The notes beneath the pieces are model-generated. The model made no database searches, was not told the DNA's origin, and worked only from the letters and a program-made list of their open reading frames with translations. The position numbers were made by a program, and so were the translations under genes. This document shows, piece after piece, positions 26,011 to 43,094 of a stretch of DNA of 64,000 nt. The stretch's first letter is position 1; every line of letters begins with the position of its first letter. The DNA is taken from the NCBI GenBank assembly GCA_964016885.1, contig OZ024740.1, positions 170,996,001-171,060,000 on the forward strand. Direction: 5' to 3'. The stretch is from Eledone cirrhosa (Eukaryota).

Positions 26011-26255
26011 TTCAGTTAGATATATTCTCTGCTGTCTCCAAATATATTTTCTGGGTGCTATAATGTATTGTTACATCAGCGCCATCGTCATCGTCACCCT
26101 CCTCGTCATCAACAACAACAACAATAACATCATTTCCATTTGGCAGAGAAGGGCAAAACAGCTTTCCTTCGCTAGTAAGATGGACAAAACGGAAAATACA
26201 AAGGACGAGGCCTTTTTTTTCTCGCCTTTTCCTAATCAACATTTTCTAGTACAAC

Positions 26256-26291
<36 letters not shown>

Positions 26292-26294
26292 CGT

Positions 26295-26324
<30 letters not shown>

Positions 26325-26326
<2 letters not shown>

Positions 26327-26790
26327 TTGAATTTCGTATTTTTAAAAAAATACGGTATGTTTATAAATAAACATTTAGAAACCCATAGCTATGAATGACA
26401 CAGGCAGTTAACGCTACCAAGCAAGAGGGACAATCGCCGATGCGTTTCGAACTGAACTGAACTGGTTCTATTCTATATTAAGTTGAGCCAACTCATACAG
26501 CTTCATATCTTCATATGCAAATGAGATTAATCACCTCATTTACACAAACGAAAAACCTATATATTTTCGCCTGTTTTCAAAGTCTGGTAGTTACAAGAGC
26601 AGGAGAGATCGTCCTGACGAGAATCAGTTCAGTTCGAAATGCATCGACGATTGTTCCCCTTGCTTCTGCCGAGCATCACTTAGTGGCGTTAGCTACCAGT
26701 GTCATTCATAGCTATGGCTTTCTAAATGTTTATTTATAAACATACCGTATTTCTTTAGAACTACGAAAATCAAAGCTAAATTCTAATTCT
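26325..26790. mobile_element. Diverged fold-back HHR element
   Basis: 26327-26470 is inverted at about 26620-26775, with many differences between arms. Confidence 0.75.
26608..26651 (+). ncRNA. Minimal type I HHR
   Basis: atcgtc CTGACGA gaa-tcagttcag-ttc GAAA tgca TC gacgat; 6-bp stem I and palindromic stem III. Confidence 0.85.
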
Positions 26791-26809
26791 ACTATATATA
26801 TATATATAT

Positions 26810-28670
<1,861 letters not shown>

Positions 28671-28944
28671 ATATATATATATATACATATTGTGAAAATA
28701 GAAATGACAACTAGCAAATAGAAAGTACTCAATACATAACATATGTAAAGTGAATAAGCTTGATATTACATATTTAATATTAGATAAAATCGACAAGTAA
28801 TATCATAATGTTTAGCGTATATCGAAATGTGAAGCTAAGATTAAATGTGAATGTATTTTCAGCAACTGGTTCAAATTCAAACCAAAATAAATCCAGACAA
28901 ATGTACATGGAACCCAAAATACCAGCGTTGAAGGGTTTACAAAT

Positions 28945-29175
28945 ATTGCTTTCTAATTTAGGCAGAAGACTAGCAAATTTGACTGGAATGATACGGGTGG
29001 GGGGGGGGGGTAAAATCAACCCCAGTACTTGGTTGGTACTTTATTTGATCGACCCTGGAAAGATGAAAGGTAAGTTCGGAATCGGTGGGATTTGAACTCA
29101 GAATGTAAAAAGCCAGAACCAATACCGCAATTGCATTTTATCCGACCGTCTACCAATTCTGCCAATCCATCGCAA
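28945..29175 (-). mobile_element. SINE family 2
   Basis: Reverse complement of gcg.tggattggcagaa...ttctgagttcaaatccc...ggggtcgat.aaataaagtacca. Confidence 0.7.
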
Positions 29176-30862
29176 TCAAGGGTTTACAAATGTTAAGAAT
29201 GGTAAATATGAAAACCTATGAAAATGAAGATGCATGGAGAAAGAAGGACGTTATTTGAATGAAATAACAAAAACATTGATGAATATACCAAAACATGAGA
29301 CACACTCACTCTGGTAGAGATGTAGGTCTTCGCAAGCCAGTTGACTTGAAAAAAGTATTTATTCATGGATAACTACTGTATCATTTCTAGTGTGATGTGA
29401 ATAATATATGGAAAAATATGTGAAAAATGTTCACATATGAATTGAATTCTAACATACAGATTGATGTGTAAAGGGTGTGAAAATGTGTGATCAAGTACTA
29501 TTTAGAGATAAATTTAGCCATTTACATTAATTTTCGCATTAGAGTATGTATTTGATTTTAGATATCTAACTATTGAATATTTTATGTTACCATGAAAAGT
29601 TTATTTCTGGATGTCTTTTGAGAAATATTTTTCTCGATTCTATCAGTTGTGCATAAGTAGCATGGCGTCCTGATTCTACTGTTAGAATTTGCTCTGGAAA
29701 GGATGTTCCGTTCTATAATGTATCGCTTATTTTGATTTTTCAGATCCCAAATGAAACTAGAGAGAAGTGTCTTTACTTCATTGTTTCTTTCGACAAGTAT
29801 GGTTGCTGATTAAAGCAAATTTTAAAGGGATTTGAGGTGAGTTCAATATATATCTTGGATGAGTAATTAGTTTTTATAGTGCTTTGGTAAATCATATCTT
29901 TAGCTAGGCAGTTGAGACCCGAGAACCAGTTGTCAAATTCTATAAAATCGTAATTACTAGTAGTTGGGTTAGCTATTGAGGTATGCAGATTCATTTTCGA
30001 CAAATTAAAATAGGCAAATGTGTTAACAAAATTAGGTGTCATAGAGAATGGGATTTTAATTGTGTGTTGTTTTTTTTATTAAAACGTTTATGAAACTAAT
30101 ATTTTAGATATAAGTGTTGTTTTTTTTGTTTTGTTTTTGTTGTTTTTTTTTCAATAAAGAAATGCATGCTATTGAGGTTGCAACGGCGAAATTAAAAGAA
30201 GGACCATGCCAGGTGATTTTTTTTTTAGTATTTATGTGGATTGTGGTTCTAGTGATATCTTCAATAAACCTAAATTTTTTCTATGAAATCTTCCATATGT
30301 GAGGAGACTATTAATATGCTTGTAAGCTGAGAGGCAGTCTAATTGAGTTAGTTTTAATTAAGTTACTAATAATGTTTCGTGTGTACATTGATAGTTTGTG
30401 GATATAATTTAGTTTTTCATTTGATTTATGTTAGGGGTAGCACAGAGAGTTATTCAGATTTAAGGTTACATCAAAATATTAGTCACAGTGAATAAACTAC
30501 AGCCCATGATTTTTGCAGAACATCTGTGTAGAACTTTTCTATGCTTGTCCGTTTGTTGGGTGTTAAAATTATTTAAAAGTTGAAACCTAGAATCTTCATA
30601 AATGCCATTTTCGACCTGCGAAAACGTAGTTTTTAAATTAGATAGTAAAAATATTCATATAGCATTACCAATTTTCAAGAGAGCCATTAACACCCACGCA
30701 GACATCAAATGGAATGATAGATAAGTGCTTTCTTTTTTATTCATATACGATTATTAAAATTTGTAATAGCTTTTTGTGGGTGCGTCATATCTATTTCGTT
30801 GTCTGATAAAGTCAATGTCATTAATGTCTACGTGAATGTATAAATATAAATATACATATGTG

Positions 30863-30893
<31 letters not shown>

Positions 30894-30921
30894 ACAGAGA
30901 GAGAGAGAGAGAGGGGGGAGC

Positions 30922-30956
<35 letters not shown>

Positions 30957-31235
30957 TTTGCAATATGTGGCTTCTACTTCGCATTAGCTGTGCTTATATA
31001 TCATTATGTACCGTATATTACTGTTCTAAATTTAACTTTTTAAATAGTACTGAGTGTAAATATAACTTTTTTACGTCATTCAAAGCGTCTTCTGTCATTT
31101 TTAAAGCATATTTTCAGAGATTAGACTCTGACTGGAGGTAAATTTTAATACTTTTTCTAACAAGTCCAGCGACTATGTTGGGATTCCCTGATATGATGGT
31201 TGGCTAACTAGTTAATTAGTTGATCGGTTGTTTGA

Positions 31236-31560
31236 TTAGTTGTTGTTGTTGTTGCTGCTGATGTTGTTGTTGTTGCTGTTGTTCTTGTTCATCATCTTCA
31301 CCATATATATCATCATTATCATCCTCATGATGACGATGATGATCATCATGGTGATGATTATCATCATCATGATTATGATGATATTGATGATCACGATAGT
31401 GGTGGTAATAATGATGATGATGATGCTGATAATGTGTTGTTTCGTTTGTGGAAGAACAGATTGCAGGCAAAGAAAGAAAGGAGAACCGGATAGTCTTTTT
31501 TTTTCATTTCTTTTTCTTTTTCTTTTGAAGAAGCCGCTGTGTTGTAGTAGTAGTAGTAGC

Positions 31561-31621
<61 letters not shown>

Positions 31622-31622
31622 T
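31236..31622. repeat. Trinucleotide microsatellite mosaic (TTG, ATC, TAG)
   Basis: Direct inspection. Confidence 0.9.
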
Positions 31623-31995
31623 TTTACTTTTTATTCTGCTTGTGACTGGACTAACCTCAGGACAAAAGAGAAGAAACCGTGATAATGGCCTTACACAAAG
31701 AAAGCTGTGGCCAGCTGCAGTGAGGTCAAGATACGAAAATATGGGTGACCAAACAACACACGCTTGAATACTTAACAAAAATATCATTAACTATTATTAT
31801 ATTACATTGATATTTTACATAGACACAATGTATCAGAACAATAGGGAGAGGCGTGGGTTAATACTCTATGATGTTTTAACATTTCCTCCGTGCGTCATTA
31901 AACTTAGTGTATTTATAGATGCGAGGTAACCTCTAAATATGTAGTCATTCTTACATTAGTACCATCTAAAATAGGGATCTTAAAATGTTTTAGAC

Positions 31996-32712
31996 CAGAG
32001 GTTCACAAAGTGGCCATACTGCCCCCCACCCCCGGAGGGGGGGGGGGCGTTGAGAAGGTCCAGGGGCAGCTGGGGCCTAAGGGGTCGGCGAGGGGTTGTT
32101 GTTAGAGATGATATAATAGTATATTAAACACCAAATGATACATATATATAAATGGCGGTGGATTGGCACTGTCGGTAGAGCGTCAGACACCATGTTTTGC
32201 AACATAGAGTTATAGCCTTTACGTTCTGTGTTCAAATCCCACCGAGGTTAACTTTGCCTTTCATCCTAACGGGGTCGATAAAATAAAGTACCAGTAATGC
32301 ACTGGGGTCGATTTAATTGACTTTCCCCTTCACTCGAAATCGTTCGCCTTGTGCCTAAATCAGAAATCATTATATGGTGAATTGGCAGTATCGGTAGAGG
32401 GTCAGACGCCATGCTTTACAGCATAGTTACGTCCCTTTACGTTCTGAGTTCAAATCCCGCCGAGGTTGACTTTGCCTTTCATCCTTACGGGGTCGATAAA
32501 ATAAAGTACCAGTAATGCACTGGGTAATTGCTGGCCTTGTGCCAAAAGTAGAAACAATTATATATAAATTAACGATTTAATTCATTATATGTTATTTACA
32601 ATTTGCGCGTGGGCAAGTCTCTCTGTAAATAGGGTTGGGGCGCTGAGGGTATTACATGGCCGTGAGGGGGGGGGGGGGGGGTGCTGTTGCCCCAAAAGTT
32701 TGAAAGCCTCTG
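31996..32712. mobile_element. hAT (Charlie-like) MITE with two nested family 2 SINEs (32153-32372, 32375-32562)
   Basis: TIR cagaggttcacaaa / tttgaaagcctctg; 8-bp TSD ttttagac/ttctagac fits the NTCTAGAN Charlie target. Confidence 0.75.
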
Positions 32713-33854
32713 TTCTAGACCATCAACCCCTTTGTTGAATCCTTGAACGTATAAAAAAGTAAATATGTAAATACATAAAACAGTAACTTGAATATACAAT
32801 AAATAAGTAGACAATAAAGACTAATTATATATAAATCAGAAACCTGTATAAGAAAGCTGTATTTTATTGTATTATGTATTTTCAATTTTAATACAAATAT
32901 CCATCTCCTAGCTAATCGCATCGACCAGTTTGGGGAAACCTAGTGTAAAGTCCACAGCGGAATTGAAGTGAGATAATGTGACGTTTAAGTTTGACACACG
33001 ACACTGCTAATAAAACGAAAACTGATGTAAAGACTTCATAACCTGAAGTCGCATTTCATATTTCTCTCGTGGATGGCATGAACTTGCTTTCGTATTACCC
33101 CTGCACGGAATAATAACCCCCTCAAATGCAACTACAATTTTAATGCCTATAACACAGGTTTATTGTATCTACTAACACATGAAACATACAAGATTGCAAA
33201 GCTCGTCTCAAAATTTGAAAACAATGCCCAAAACATTATGCCTTTGAAAAAATTAACTTTGGAATTTTGTTTTGAGCATTATTGGGGTCGATAAAATAAA
33301 GTACCAGTAATACACTGAGGTCGATTTAATCGACTTTCCCCTCCCACCAAACTACTAGCCTTATGCTTATATTAGAAATCATTATTAACTTTGCCTTTCA
33401 TCCTTACGGGAGTCGATAAAATAAAGTACCAGTAATGTACTGGGTAATTGCTGGCCTTGTGCCAAAAGTAAAAAAAAAAAAATTATTATTATATCAGCCG
33501 CAAAGTTGTTGCTCATCCTACTTCCCGGTAATATGAACATGATTTCAAATTACCGAAAGGTAAGTTAAAACAAGCATGACCTGAAACCAATACGACATTT
33601 GGTGAAATGCAGATCGATAAAATAATTACTAAAACCACTACCAGCGTGGTCGCTTGTCCGATGTCTAAAAAGATTAAATGAAATAATAAAAGAATAGTAT
33701 TGAAATACAAGAATGACATTAAATAACTCCAGCCGTTAATTGCTGTTGTCCAGCCCAATGTTAACCAAACTTGTAATCAAAGAGGATTCAACTGTGACCA
33801 TCTTGCTGTAGTTATTCAATGTATCCCTCGTTATGTAATATAGTAGATATAAAG

Positions 33855-34045
33855 GGCGGTGGATTGGCAGTATCGGTAGAGGGTCGGACGCCATGCTTTG
33901 ACGCATAGAGTTACGGCCCTTGCCATTCTGAGTTCAAATCCCGCCGAGGTTAACTTTGCCTTTCATCCTTACGGGGTCGATAAAATAAAGTACCAGTAAT
34001 ACACTGGGTAATTGCTGGCCTTGTGCCAAAAGTAGAAACAGTTAT
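33855..34045 (+). mobile_element. SINE family 2, young full-length copy (~190 bp)
   Basis: Nearly identical to 47308-47500; A-box tggcagtatcgg, B-box gttcaaatcc and a gcctttcatcc...ggtcgataaaata central domain. Confidence 0.85.
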
Positions 34046-34499
34046 GTAATATAGTAGAGTGCAATTCGTGCTATTAAGAACCATTAGTGAAATATAATGG
34101 TGTTAGTCGCACACAATATCATGCTATGTACACTATTTTATTTACTTACGTTTATTTGTGCATTTAAAATGGTGCTGTGTGATTTGAAAGAGATTTGTCT
34201 ACTATTTCCAGCAAGTTTAGCGGACGCCAAGAGGTGCCTTTATCGGCTCGTCGACCGCCAAATTAGAAAGCGAGGAGTGGGCTTGACTCACTGATATATA
34301 GCATGATATATGGCGTTAGAGCGCGGTGACCAGCTGCCGGGAGGTCAAAGTTTGAAGTAACTGTGTCCGGCTTACGTTTGACTTAGTTGAGGATAAAATC
34401 GTTTAAATGAAAAATATATACATTGATCCCGCCTGGACAATGGGTGTGGGCGTTCTAAGTCTTGCTTAACAGCTGCGTAAACAAAATAGCAACACCCAC

Positions 34500-34861
34500 A
34501 CACGCCTACGTATATACAGACATATGCATATACACATACATTCACAGATAGTATTGCAATTACACACACACTTCAAAACACAAACACACAAGAATAGTCA
34601 AACATACATACATATATATAGACATATATACATACATACATACACCCATACATACATAATACATACATATAGACATACATACATACGTACGTACGTACGT
34701 ACATAATACATATAGACATACATACATACATATAGACATACATACGTACCTACATACATACATACATACATATATACATACATACTCACATACAGACAGA
34801 CATAGACATACATACATACATACATATAGACACACATACATACATACATACAATGCATACA

Positions 34862-34895
<34 letters not shown>

Positions 34896-35191
34896 CAGAC
34901 ACATTGAGGTGGGGTTTGGTGACGTGTGCTAGCCATAGAAGGTTTCAATAAGTGGTAATTGTGTTGTCAACACTGTTGTTTCTTTTGTTGTTGTTGTTGC
35001 TACTGCTGTTGTTGTTGTCGTTGTTGTTGTTACTGTTGTTGTTGGTGTTGTTGTTGTTGCTACTGCTACTGCCGCTGTTGTTATTACTGTTTTCCTTGTT
35101 GTTGTTGTCGTTCTTATTATTGTTGTTGTTGTTGTTGTTGTTAATGTTGCTGCTATTGCTGTTGCTGCTGCTCTGTTGTGATTGCTGTTGT

Positions 35192-35223
<32 letters not shown>

Positions 35224-35276
35224 TTGTTGTTGTTGTTGTTGGTGTTGTTGTTGTTGTTGTTGCTGCTGCTGCTGCT

Positions 35277-35313
<37 letters not shown>

Positions 35314-36900
35314 CTGTTACTGTTGCTCTTGGTACTGCCGTTGTTTGTTGTTGTTTTTTGGGGGGTCTTTTTTCTTTTGCTGCTGTCTTTGTTGCTATTG
35401 TTGTTGTTTTATTGCTGCTTCTGTTGTTGGTGGTTCTTTCGCTGCTGTTCAGCCCTCACCGAGCAAGACGTACGACCGGGAGGCGCTAGAGTCAAAAGAT
35501 ATTCCAGTCATGAATTTATTCAAGAATTCCAGGACAACATGACTTCAATGTGACTTGCCATTTCTTTAAAACCTTAAGGAAGGTTTGAATCAAGGAAAAT
35601 ATGTTACAGGTGATGGTGACGGTGGTGGTGGTGGTGGTGATGCTGGTGGTGATGTTGATGGTGATGGTGGTGGTGATGTTGGTGCAGGAGGCGGTGGTAG
35701 TGGTGTTGGTGCTGGAACTGGTGATGGTGGTTGTGCTGCTGCTGGTGGTGCTGGCAGTGCTGGTGCTAGGATGTGATGGTAGTAGTGGTAATGGTGATGG
35801 TGGTGTTGATGATGGTTTTAGCTGGTTGTGAAGGTAGTGGTGGTGCTGGTGATGCTGGTACTGGTGATATGGGGTGATGGTAGTAGTGGTAATGATGGTG
35901 GTGGTGCTGGTACTGATGCTAGGGGTGATGGTGGTACTGGTAATGGTGGTGGTGTTGATGGTGGTTTTAGCTGGTTGTGAAGGTGTTGGTGGCGCTAGTA
36001 CTAGTGTTAGGGGTGATGGTGGAAGTGGTAATGGTGGTGGTGTTGATGGTGGTTTTAGCTGGTTGTGAAGGTGGTGGTGGCGCTAGTACGAGTGTTAGGG
36101 GTGATGATGGTAGTGGTAATGGTGGTGGTAGTGATGGTTTTAGCTGGTTGTGAAAGTATTCGGCAGAGAAATGGCGTTAGTTGTAGTCGTGTATAGGGTA
36201 AGGGGAAATTGAAAGTGTTAATTGGCGGGGAAAGATGATGGTGGCGATGCTAAGTATGATGAACTGATGCGGGAGTTGATAGTACTGGCAGGTCTTTGTG
36301 TGGAGAGAGAGTGAAAGAGAGCAAGAGAAGTGAAGAGAGAGGAAGGTGGGAAAGGAGAGAGAGTTATAATGAAGGTCATGTTGGTATGACACGGGGAGGT
36401 GTTGGACTGAGGGGAAGGGATACAGTAATGTATGTAGTGGGTTGTAGTTTCATAGCTGGTTGTTAGATAAGCTGTTGTTGTTGTTGTTAATGGTGGTGGT
36501 GATGGTGCTGGTGCTGGTGGTGATGGTGGTGATAGTGGTGGTGGTGATGGTGGTGGTGGTGGTGTTGGTGGTGGTGATGTTGGTGGTGGTGGTGATAGTG
36601 GTGATAGTGGTGGTGGTGATGGTGCTGGTGGTGGTGGCGGTGTTGGTGGTGGTGGTGGTGATAGTGGTGATAGTGGTGGTGGTGATGGTAGTGGTGGTGG
36701 TGGTGATGGTGCTGGTGGTGGTGGTGGTAATGGTGCTGGTGGTGGTGGTAATGGTGGTGGTGGTGATAGTGGTGATAGTGGTGGTGGTGATGGTAGTGGT
36801 GGTGGTGGTGATGGTGCTGGTGGTGGTGGTGGTGATGGTGCTGGTGGTGGTGGTAATGGTGGTGATGGTGGTGATAGTGGTAGTAGCAGCGGTGGATGGG
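34500..36900. repeat. Low-complexity block: (CATA)n, (TTG/CTG)n, (GGT)n
   Basis: Direct inspection; it explains the poly-C/L/V/G/P ORFs. Confidence 0.9.
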
Positions 36901-37059
36901 GGTTCGTCGTCGTGGTCACGGAATACGCGACAAAAGCTGAAACTTCGAATTCATTTCAGAAAATAATTCTTATATTAATCATATGCATTAAGTATTCATT
37001 CAATTAATTCTTGACCGTTTTAAGTACACTGCTATTTAACAGATAAGCTTCCTTATGTT

Positions 37060-37148
<89 letters not shown>

Positions 37149-37361
37149 ATATATAATGTGTTGGTGTATCTCAAGCAACATATATATAATATATTTACAT
37201 TATGCTAGTGCCCATCAAAACTGAAAGGGTTTTTAGTCGATAATATTTAATTTAGAAATTCCTTGATTACAAAATTCTATGTTGAGAGGCGTCAATCATC
37301 GATTTTCTTTGATCGTCTCCTATTGTCACTCCAGTCATCACTGTATTTCATTTTACATTGA

Positions 37362-38230
37362 TTCTTCTTCTTCTTCTTCTTCTTCTTCTTCTTCTTCTTC
37401 TTCTTCTTCTTCTTCTTCTTCTTCTTCTTCTTCTTCTTCTTCTTCTTCTTCTTCTTCCTGTGAGGGTCGTGGGGGAAGAGTCCTCAAACACTCCTTCCAG
37501 CGAGTATTGTCAGAAGCAACCGTCTCCAACTGATGTGGCTGGACCCCGAAGTGAGACCAGCCAAGACATGGATGCTACCCAACCATCTTGCTCGCGGTCT
37601 ACCCTGGATCTCCTGTCGGATTGGTATTGCTCGTAAAATCTGTCCAGCGATTGTTTCTTGAGACATTCTAACCATATGCCAATAGTATTCGAAGTGATCT
37701 ACCTGGAGTGACTCTCTGATCTCCAAGCTACGCACTCTATCGAATAACGTTTCACCAAAGACACTTATTTCGTCCGTTTGTATTCGTGGTCGTATTCTTT
37801 TGCTTATTAACCAAAATTCATGACCATATGTAATGGTTGGCATGAATAGCGAAGTGAAAATAACGAGTTTGGTTTTTACGCCTACCCCCCTTCTTCTTAT
37901 TACTGAATGTTGAAGCTGGCGCATTACTGCACCAGCTTCTGTAATGCTTGCACTTACTTCAGCCTCCTGCCTTCCATCACTCGTGAACACGGCCCTGAGA
38001 TACTTGAACTTCTCACCTACTTCAGTAGAACTCCATTCACATGTAAAGTGCACTGCGCAGGCTTCCGTGATATATCGAGTGTCTCAGTTTTCGCAGCACC
38101 GATTTTCATTCCAGCCATGCAGCACTCGGTATCAAACCTATCGAGTACAAGTAGGAGATCATCTTCTACCGAGTTAAGTAACACCATGTGGTCTACAAAT
38201 TCCAGCCAACATATTTTATACCTGTTAGGG
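37362..38230 (-). mobile_element. RTE-clade LINE 3' fragment with (GAA)n tail
   Basis: GMKI..KTE, FKYL..FTSDG, PTITYGHEFW and QGRPRARW motifs; (TTC)n on the plus strand. Confidence 0.85.
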
Positions 38231-38753
38231 TATAACGACAGGACGAAAAACAAAACTATATATCTGAGGAGGAACCATCTCCAGCCGCCTAACGGATATC
38301 ATCGTTAGTTTCGTAGTTTCGACTGTGTCAGTAATATTTAAAGTAGTTTTAAAGCCTGTTTGGAAGTCACACAAAATATACATGTAAACGGAACAGAAAC
38401 ACATACCTGAACAAAACTAAACAATACAGACGGCAAAAGCGTCGCACTGGCAAGAAATATATATAATTGAATAAATGTACAAGGGTTGCAAGACATGAAG
38501 AGAAAAATGATAGACGGCAAAAGACAAGGTATATATCGAATAATGTTCAGAAGGCAAATGGTTAATTGTATCTTTGAACGCTAGAGAGAGAGCGGAAGTT
38601 GAAGGACGTCTGATATTCTACATTTTCTGTTCTGGTTTAACGATTCTTACATATTTCCTTCCTATAGACTTATATTATTAATGCTATGCAGCCTTTTTCT
38701 ACGACACAGCCTTTTTCTAACACACACACACACACACATACGCAACACACACC

Positions 38754-38831
<78 letters not shown>

Positions 38832-38968
38832 ACATTTTGTAAATCTGTTCGCACATAATATATTTAATAGTCACCACAGTTAGATTTTCACATTTTATTT
38901 TTAATTTGAACTCATTCTTTTGTATCTTACGTATTTGGTGGATATTAAAATGATGGTCATATCACTTG

Positions 38969-39067
<99 letters not shown>

Positions 39068-39749
39068 TGTGTGTGTGTCTGTGTGTGTGTCTGTGTCTGT
39101 GCCTGTGTCTGTGTGTATCTGTCTGCATGTGTCTCTGTGTGTCTGTGTGCCTGTGTGGGTGGGTGTGTCTGTGTGTGTCTGTGTGTGTGGGGGGGGTCTG
39201 TGTGTGTCTGTGTGTGTCTGTGTGTGTCTCTGTGTCTGTCTCTGTGTGTATCTGTCTGCATGTGTCTCTGTGTGTCTGTGTGTGTGCCTGTGTCTCTGTG
39301 TGTCTCTGTGTGTGGGTGTGTCTTTGTGTGTCTGTGTGTGTCTGTGTGTGTCTGTGTGTCTGTGTGTATGTCTGTGTGTGTGTGCTCATATGTCTCTATA
39401 CCAGCACTTGGGCTAATTTGAAGTAAATTAAGTCATGATAATGCTTGAAGCAATGGTAGTCAGAACAACACCATTAGCAACAACAACAATAACATCAATA
39501 GCAACACAACAGAAAGGACTAAGTTTCCTATATAAACACAGACGCATAAACCTACACACCATAGATGCCTCAATATGGTCACTCGACTTGCAAGATACAG
39601 CAGTTAAATTTTCCTCAATGTACTACTGTGTAGACGACATTGGATAATGTGGTCTTGGTTTCCGTACAGATAGGAAAGGTAGGTAATGGTCAGGGCTGGA
39701 ATGTCTTTAATCGTAAATCTGACCTAATGCTAAACCAACAATATTATTT

Positions 39750-39927
39750 GGAAGTATCGGTAGAGGGTCGGACGCCATGCTTTCCACCATAGTTACGTCC
39801 CTTCACGATCTGAGTTCAAATCCCGCCGAGGTTAACTTTGCCTTTCATCCTTACGGGCTCGATAAAATAAAGTACCAGTAATACACTGGGTTATTTCTGG
39901 CCTTGTGCAAAAAGTAGAAACAATTAT
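39750..39927 (+). mobile_element. SINE family 2
   Basis: Similar to 33855-34045. Confidence 0.8.
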
Positions 39928-39948
39928 TACATCCATCTCATTCACCCT

Positions 39949-39986
<38 letters not shown>

Positions 39987-40672
39987 AAATTCACCATGCA
40001 CTCGCATACGCACGCACACTTCTTCACCACATTCTCCGCACATATACACACAGACACATACACACACATCTACATGTACATTACATTCGCCACATGTTCA
40101 CACATGCATCACATTCAGCATATTCACCCCACACATAAACACACCACATTAACCACATCCGACACATACACACACTCATACACATGTTCTCCTACATATA
40201 CACACTTCATCTACCAATACACACACATACTACATCCCCACACACACACAGACACAACCTTCTACATATATACAGTTCCGCAATAAACATACCAAATCCA
40301 ACATACACAAATTCATAAACACTGTCACATGCACAAGCATTCACATATTGAACACACAAGCACATTCACGCATATACACAGGGACCCACAGGCATCCACG
40401 CATATACACAGGGACCCACAGGCATCCACGCAGACACACTATACCATACATTTAATAGCTAGATAAAAATCTCGGGTAGGATTTAACGAAATGCCTTAAA
40501 TCATTGTTTAAAGACAATCTATACAAACATTCTCCTCTTGTTCTCTTTCTTTCTCAGTCTATCTATCTACCTATCTATCTACCTATCTATCTACCTATTT
40601 ATCTATCCTTCTATCTATTTGTCTAAATATATCTTATTTTCCCTATCTATCTATAACACACACCCAAACACA

Positions 40673-40707
<35 letters not shown>

Positions 40708-41329
40708 TTCACACACACACACATACATACATGCATTTCTTCTATATTAAATATATTAAATAAGAGACTAAAGGCAAGAGTTTAAATCACAAACAACATC
40801 TAACCGTTTTCATGTCCTTATCTCTATTTTTCTATCTATCTATCAATTTGTCTATCGTTTATAACCAGATAGCATCTACATGGTTACTATGCTTTCTGGA
40901 AATAGCAGCCAAATCGCCCTCATATAACAGTAAAAGTACGAAGGATACATTCAGCAATATAGTCCTGGCTATAGAAAAAGCAAGAATGCTCCTTCAGAGA
41001 TTATCAGTGGCTAACCAACATCAACAATAACAGCAGCACAGTTACATATTCACACAACCACACACACACACGCACACTCACGACACACACACACGCACAC
41101 GACACATACACACACCCACACGACATATACACACACCCACACTCACACACACGACACATACACATGCACACTCACACACACATACATAATATCTTATAGG
41201 GATCACACACATAGTTGGAAAAGACAACAAAAAAAATCTAGCGGCAATTTGAAAGCCTAGAAAGATAATTTGATAAAACTGGGAATTCATTTCTCAAAGC
41301 ATCCCACATCCTAATACTCACACATACAG

Positions 41330-41368
<39 letters not shown>

Positions 41369-41718
41369 CATACATAGATATATACATACTCACACACACA
41401 CATATATATATATATACATACATACACACACATAATCCTATACTTATTCAGTAGTTTTGTTTCGACGTAAAAAGGCGAGATAGAATTCAACAAAGCAGTG
41501 TACTCGGATTCGGTGTCTACTGACTGCTCTTCTAAATTAAATGGAATAAAAAGATAAGATCCTGAACCCAATGAGACTACTGGGTAGATTGGATCAGCAA
41601 CAACCAGCCCATAGGAGAATTATTAGAAGTGTTTCGTAGACTCAAGCTTGTTTGAATTGTTCTGAAGTTTGCTTCACTATCTTGAAGTCTCCGATTCGAT
41701 CTTACAGCATAGCATCTT

Positions 41719-41911
41719 CAGATCTGTCAACTCTCCCCGTCCTACGGGGAGATCTCCCATCCACTTTGGGGTGGGTGAGAGATCTTCTCTTGTGAAAATG
41801 GGCATAGCTTTCATGTTGTAAAATCTCCCCATTTTGCCTCATTTCTCCCAGTTTTGGGGCACTTTTTTTCATGACATTCCCCGTTTAGGTTTTTAGAGGT
41901 TGGCAAGTCTG
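41719..41911. mobile_element. MITE (6-bp TSD family) nested in a family 1 SINE
   Basis: TIR cagatctgtcaac/gttggcaagtctg; flanks catctt/cacctt. Confidence 0.8.
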
Positions 41912-42519
41912 CACCTTGGCTAATTGTCCCTTAACATAGCTTCGGGTTGACCTAAGTTTTGTGAATGGAATTGGATAGACGGTAAAGTTGTGAAAGCCCA
42001 TCGGAAAGACTTTAACTTTAATTCAAAGCTGCAGCCTTGTCACGTTCAGTTACGTTGACTCTACTTGAGAATTATGTTAAGGGTACATGATCTGTGGAAT
42101 ATTCAGCCATTTTGTGAGTTAATTCAAAAATTATGTCGTTCAGTTGATCGAACAACTTTTCCTTTTCGAAAGTAGATTCCATCAGAAAAGTATGGTGAAC
42201 CATATATTTCATGTACCCGTCCTTTGTCTGAAAGTAAGGAAGAGAAAGTTGTGTTGTTGATTTTAATCAGAGGTTATTGGAACAGTATATGGTGACAAAA
42301 GTAGCCTCTACATTGTCGCTGAGCTCTCTAGAAATAGTACCTAGTTCTCCTTCAAATCACACACTACCTTCTTTATACAAACAGATGGGCGTATAGAATT
42401 AGAGAGTTTCGAAGGCTTGTGTTTGAAACGTTAGACATATTTTGTTCTTCACGATATAACACTTATTCCACTGCAGTAATTATTTGTATTATGACGGCGA
42501 TTAATTTGTTTTGCAAGGT

Positions 42520-42845
42520 TTTTTTTTATATGAAATTGTGTTGAAACAAATATTATTATATTTGGGGAGGGTCATGTTGTTATAATATTGCTAGCAAAAT
42601 ATATAGTAAAACACACTCAATGTTTGGTTTGGGTTGGTTTTAGCTTCAGTATATTTAATATTTCTATATTTAATTCAGCTAACAATCAATGTTTATCATT
42701 GATTGACCAACCGTTATAACTATAGATATAAATATAGTTTCTCAAAGTTCTTTCGTCACACACCTGTGACATCATCAGTGATATTATTATATTTTCTCCC
42801 GTTGTATTGTTGTATTTGTATTATATTTTTGGTTTTTCCAACATA
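42520..42845 (-). mobile_element. Older family A-related pLTR with HHR 42742-42781
   Basis: Minus strand: tca CTGATGA t gtcaca-ggtg-tgtgac GAAA gaac tt tga; terminal catgaccctccccaaa motif. Confidence 0.7.
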
Positions 42846-42994
42846 GACCATCACTAGTTTACCGGCATTCTACAGTTTTACTGATATAAACAATGTCTGA
42901 CAAGGCAGCAGTACTACGAATTGAATATCATTCCCCGTAGGTCTGCTCGCTCGACCAGTGCTGAACTCTGACTAAACTACAGCCCTCTGAAACA

Positions 42995-43094
<100 letters not shown>

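Noticed and set aside
33855-33930. Functional tRNA genes at SINE heads
   Set aside because: Cloverleaf is incomplete and each head is followed by a shared SINE body and tail.
34952-36966. Long poly-Cys/Leu/Val/Pro/Gly ORFs (extensin- or keratin-associated-like)
   Set aside because: Open in several frames on both strands because they are trinucleotide microsatellites; no unique coding context.
40366-40432. 30-bp direct repeat (also ~80-bp GGT-rich units at 35770-36155) as a CRISPR-like array
   Set aside because: Simple tandem duplications without unique spacers, in a eukaryotic context with no cas genes.
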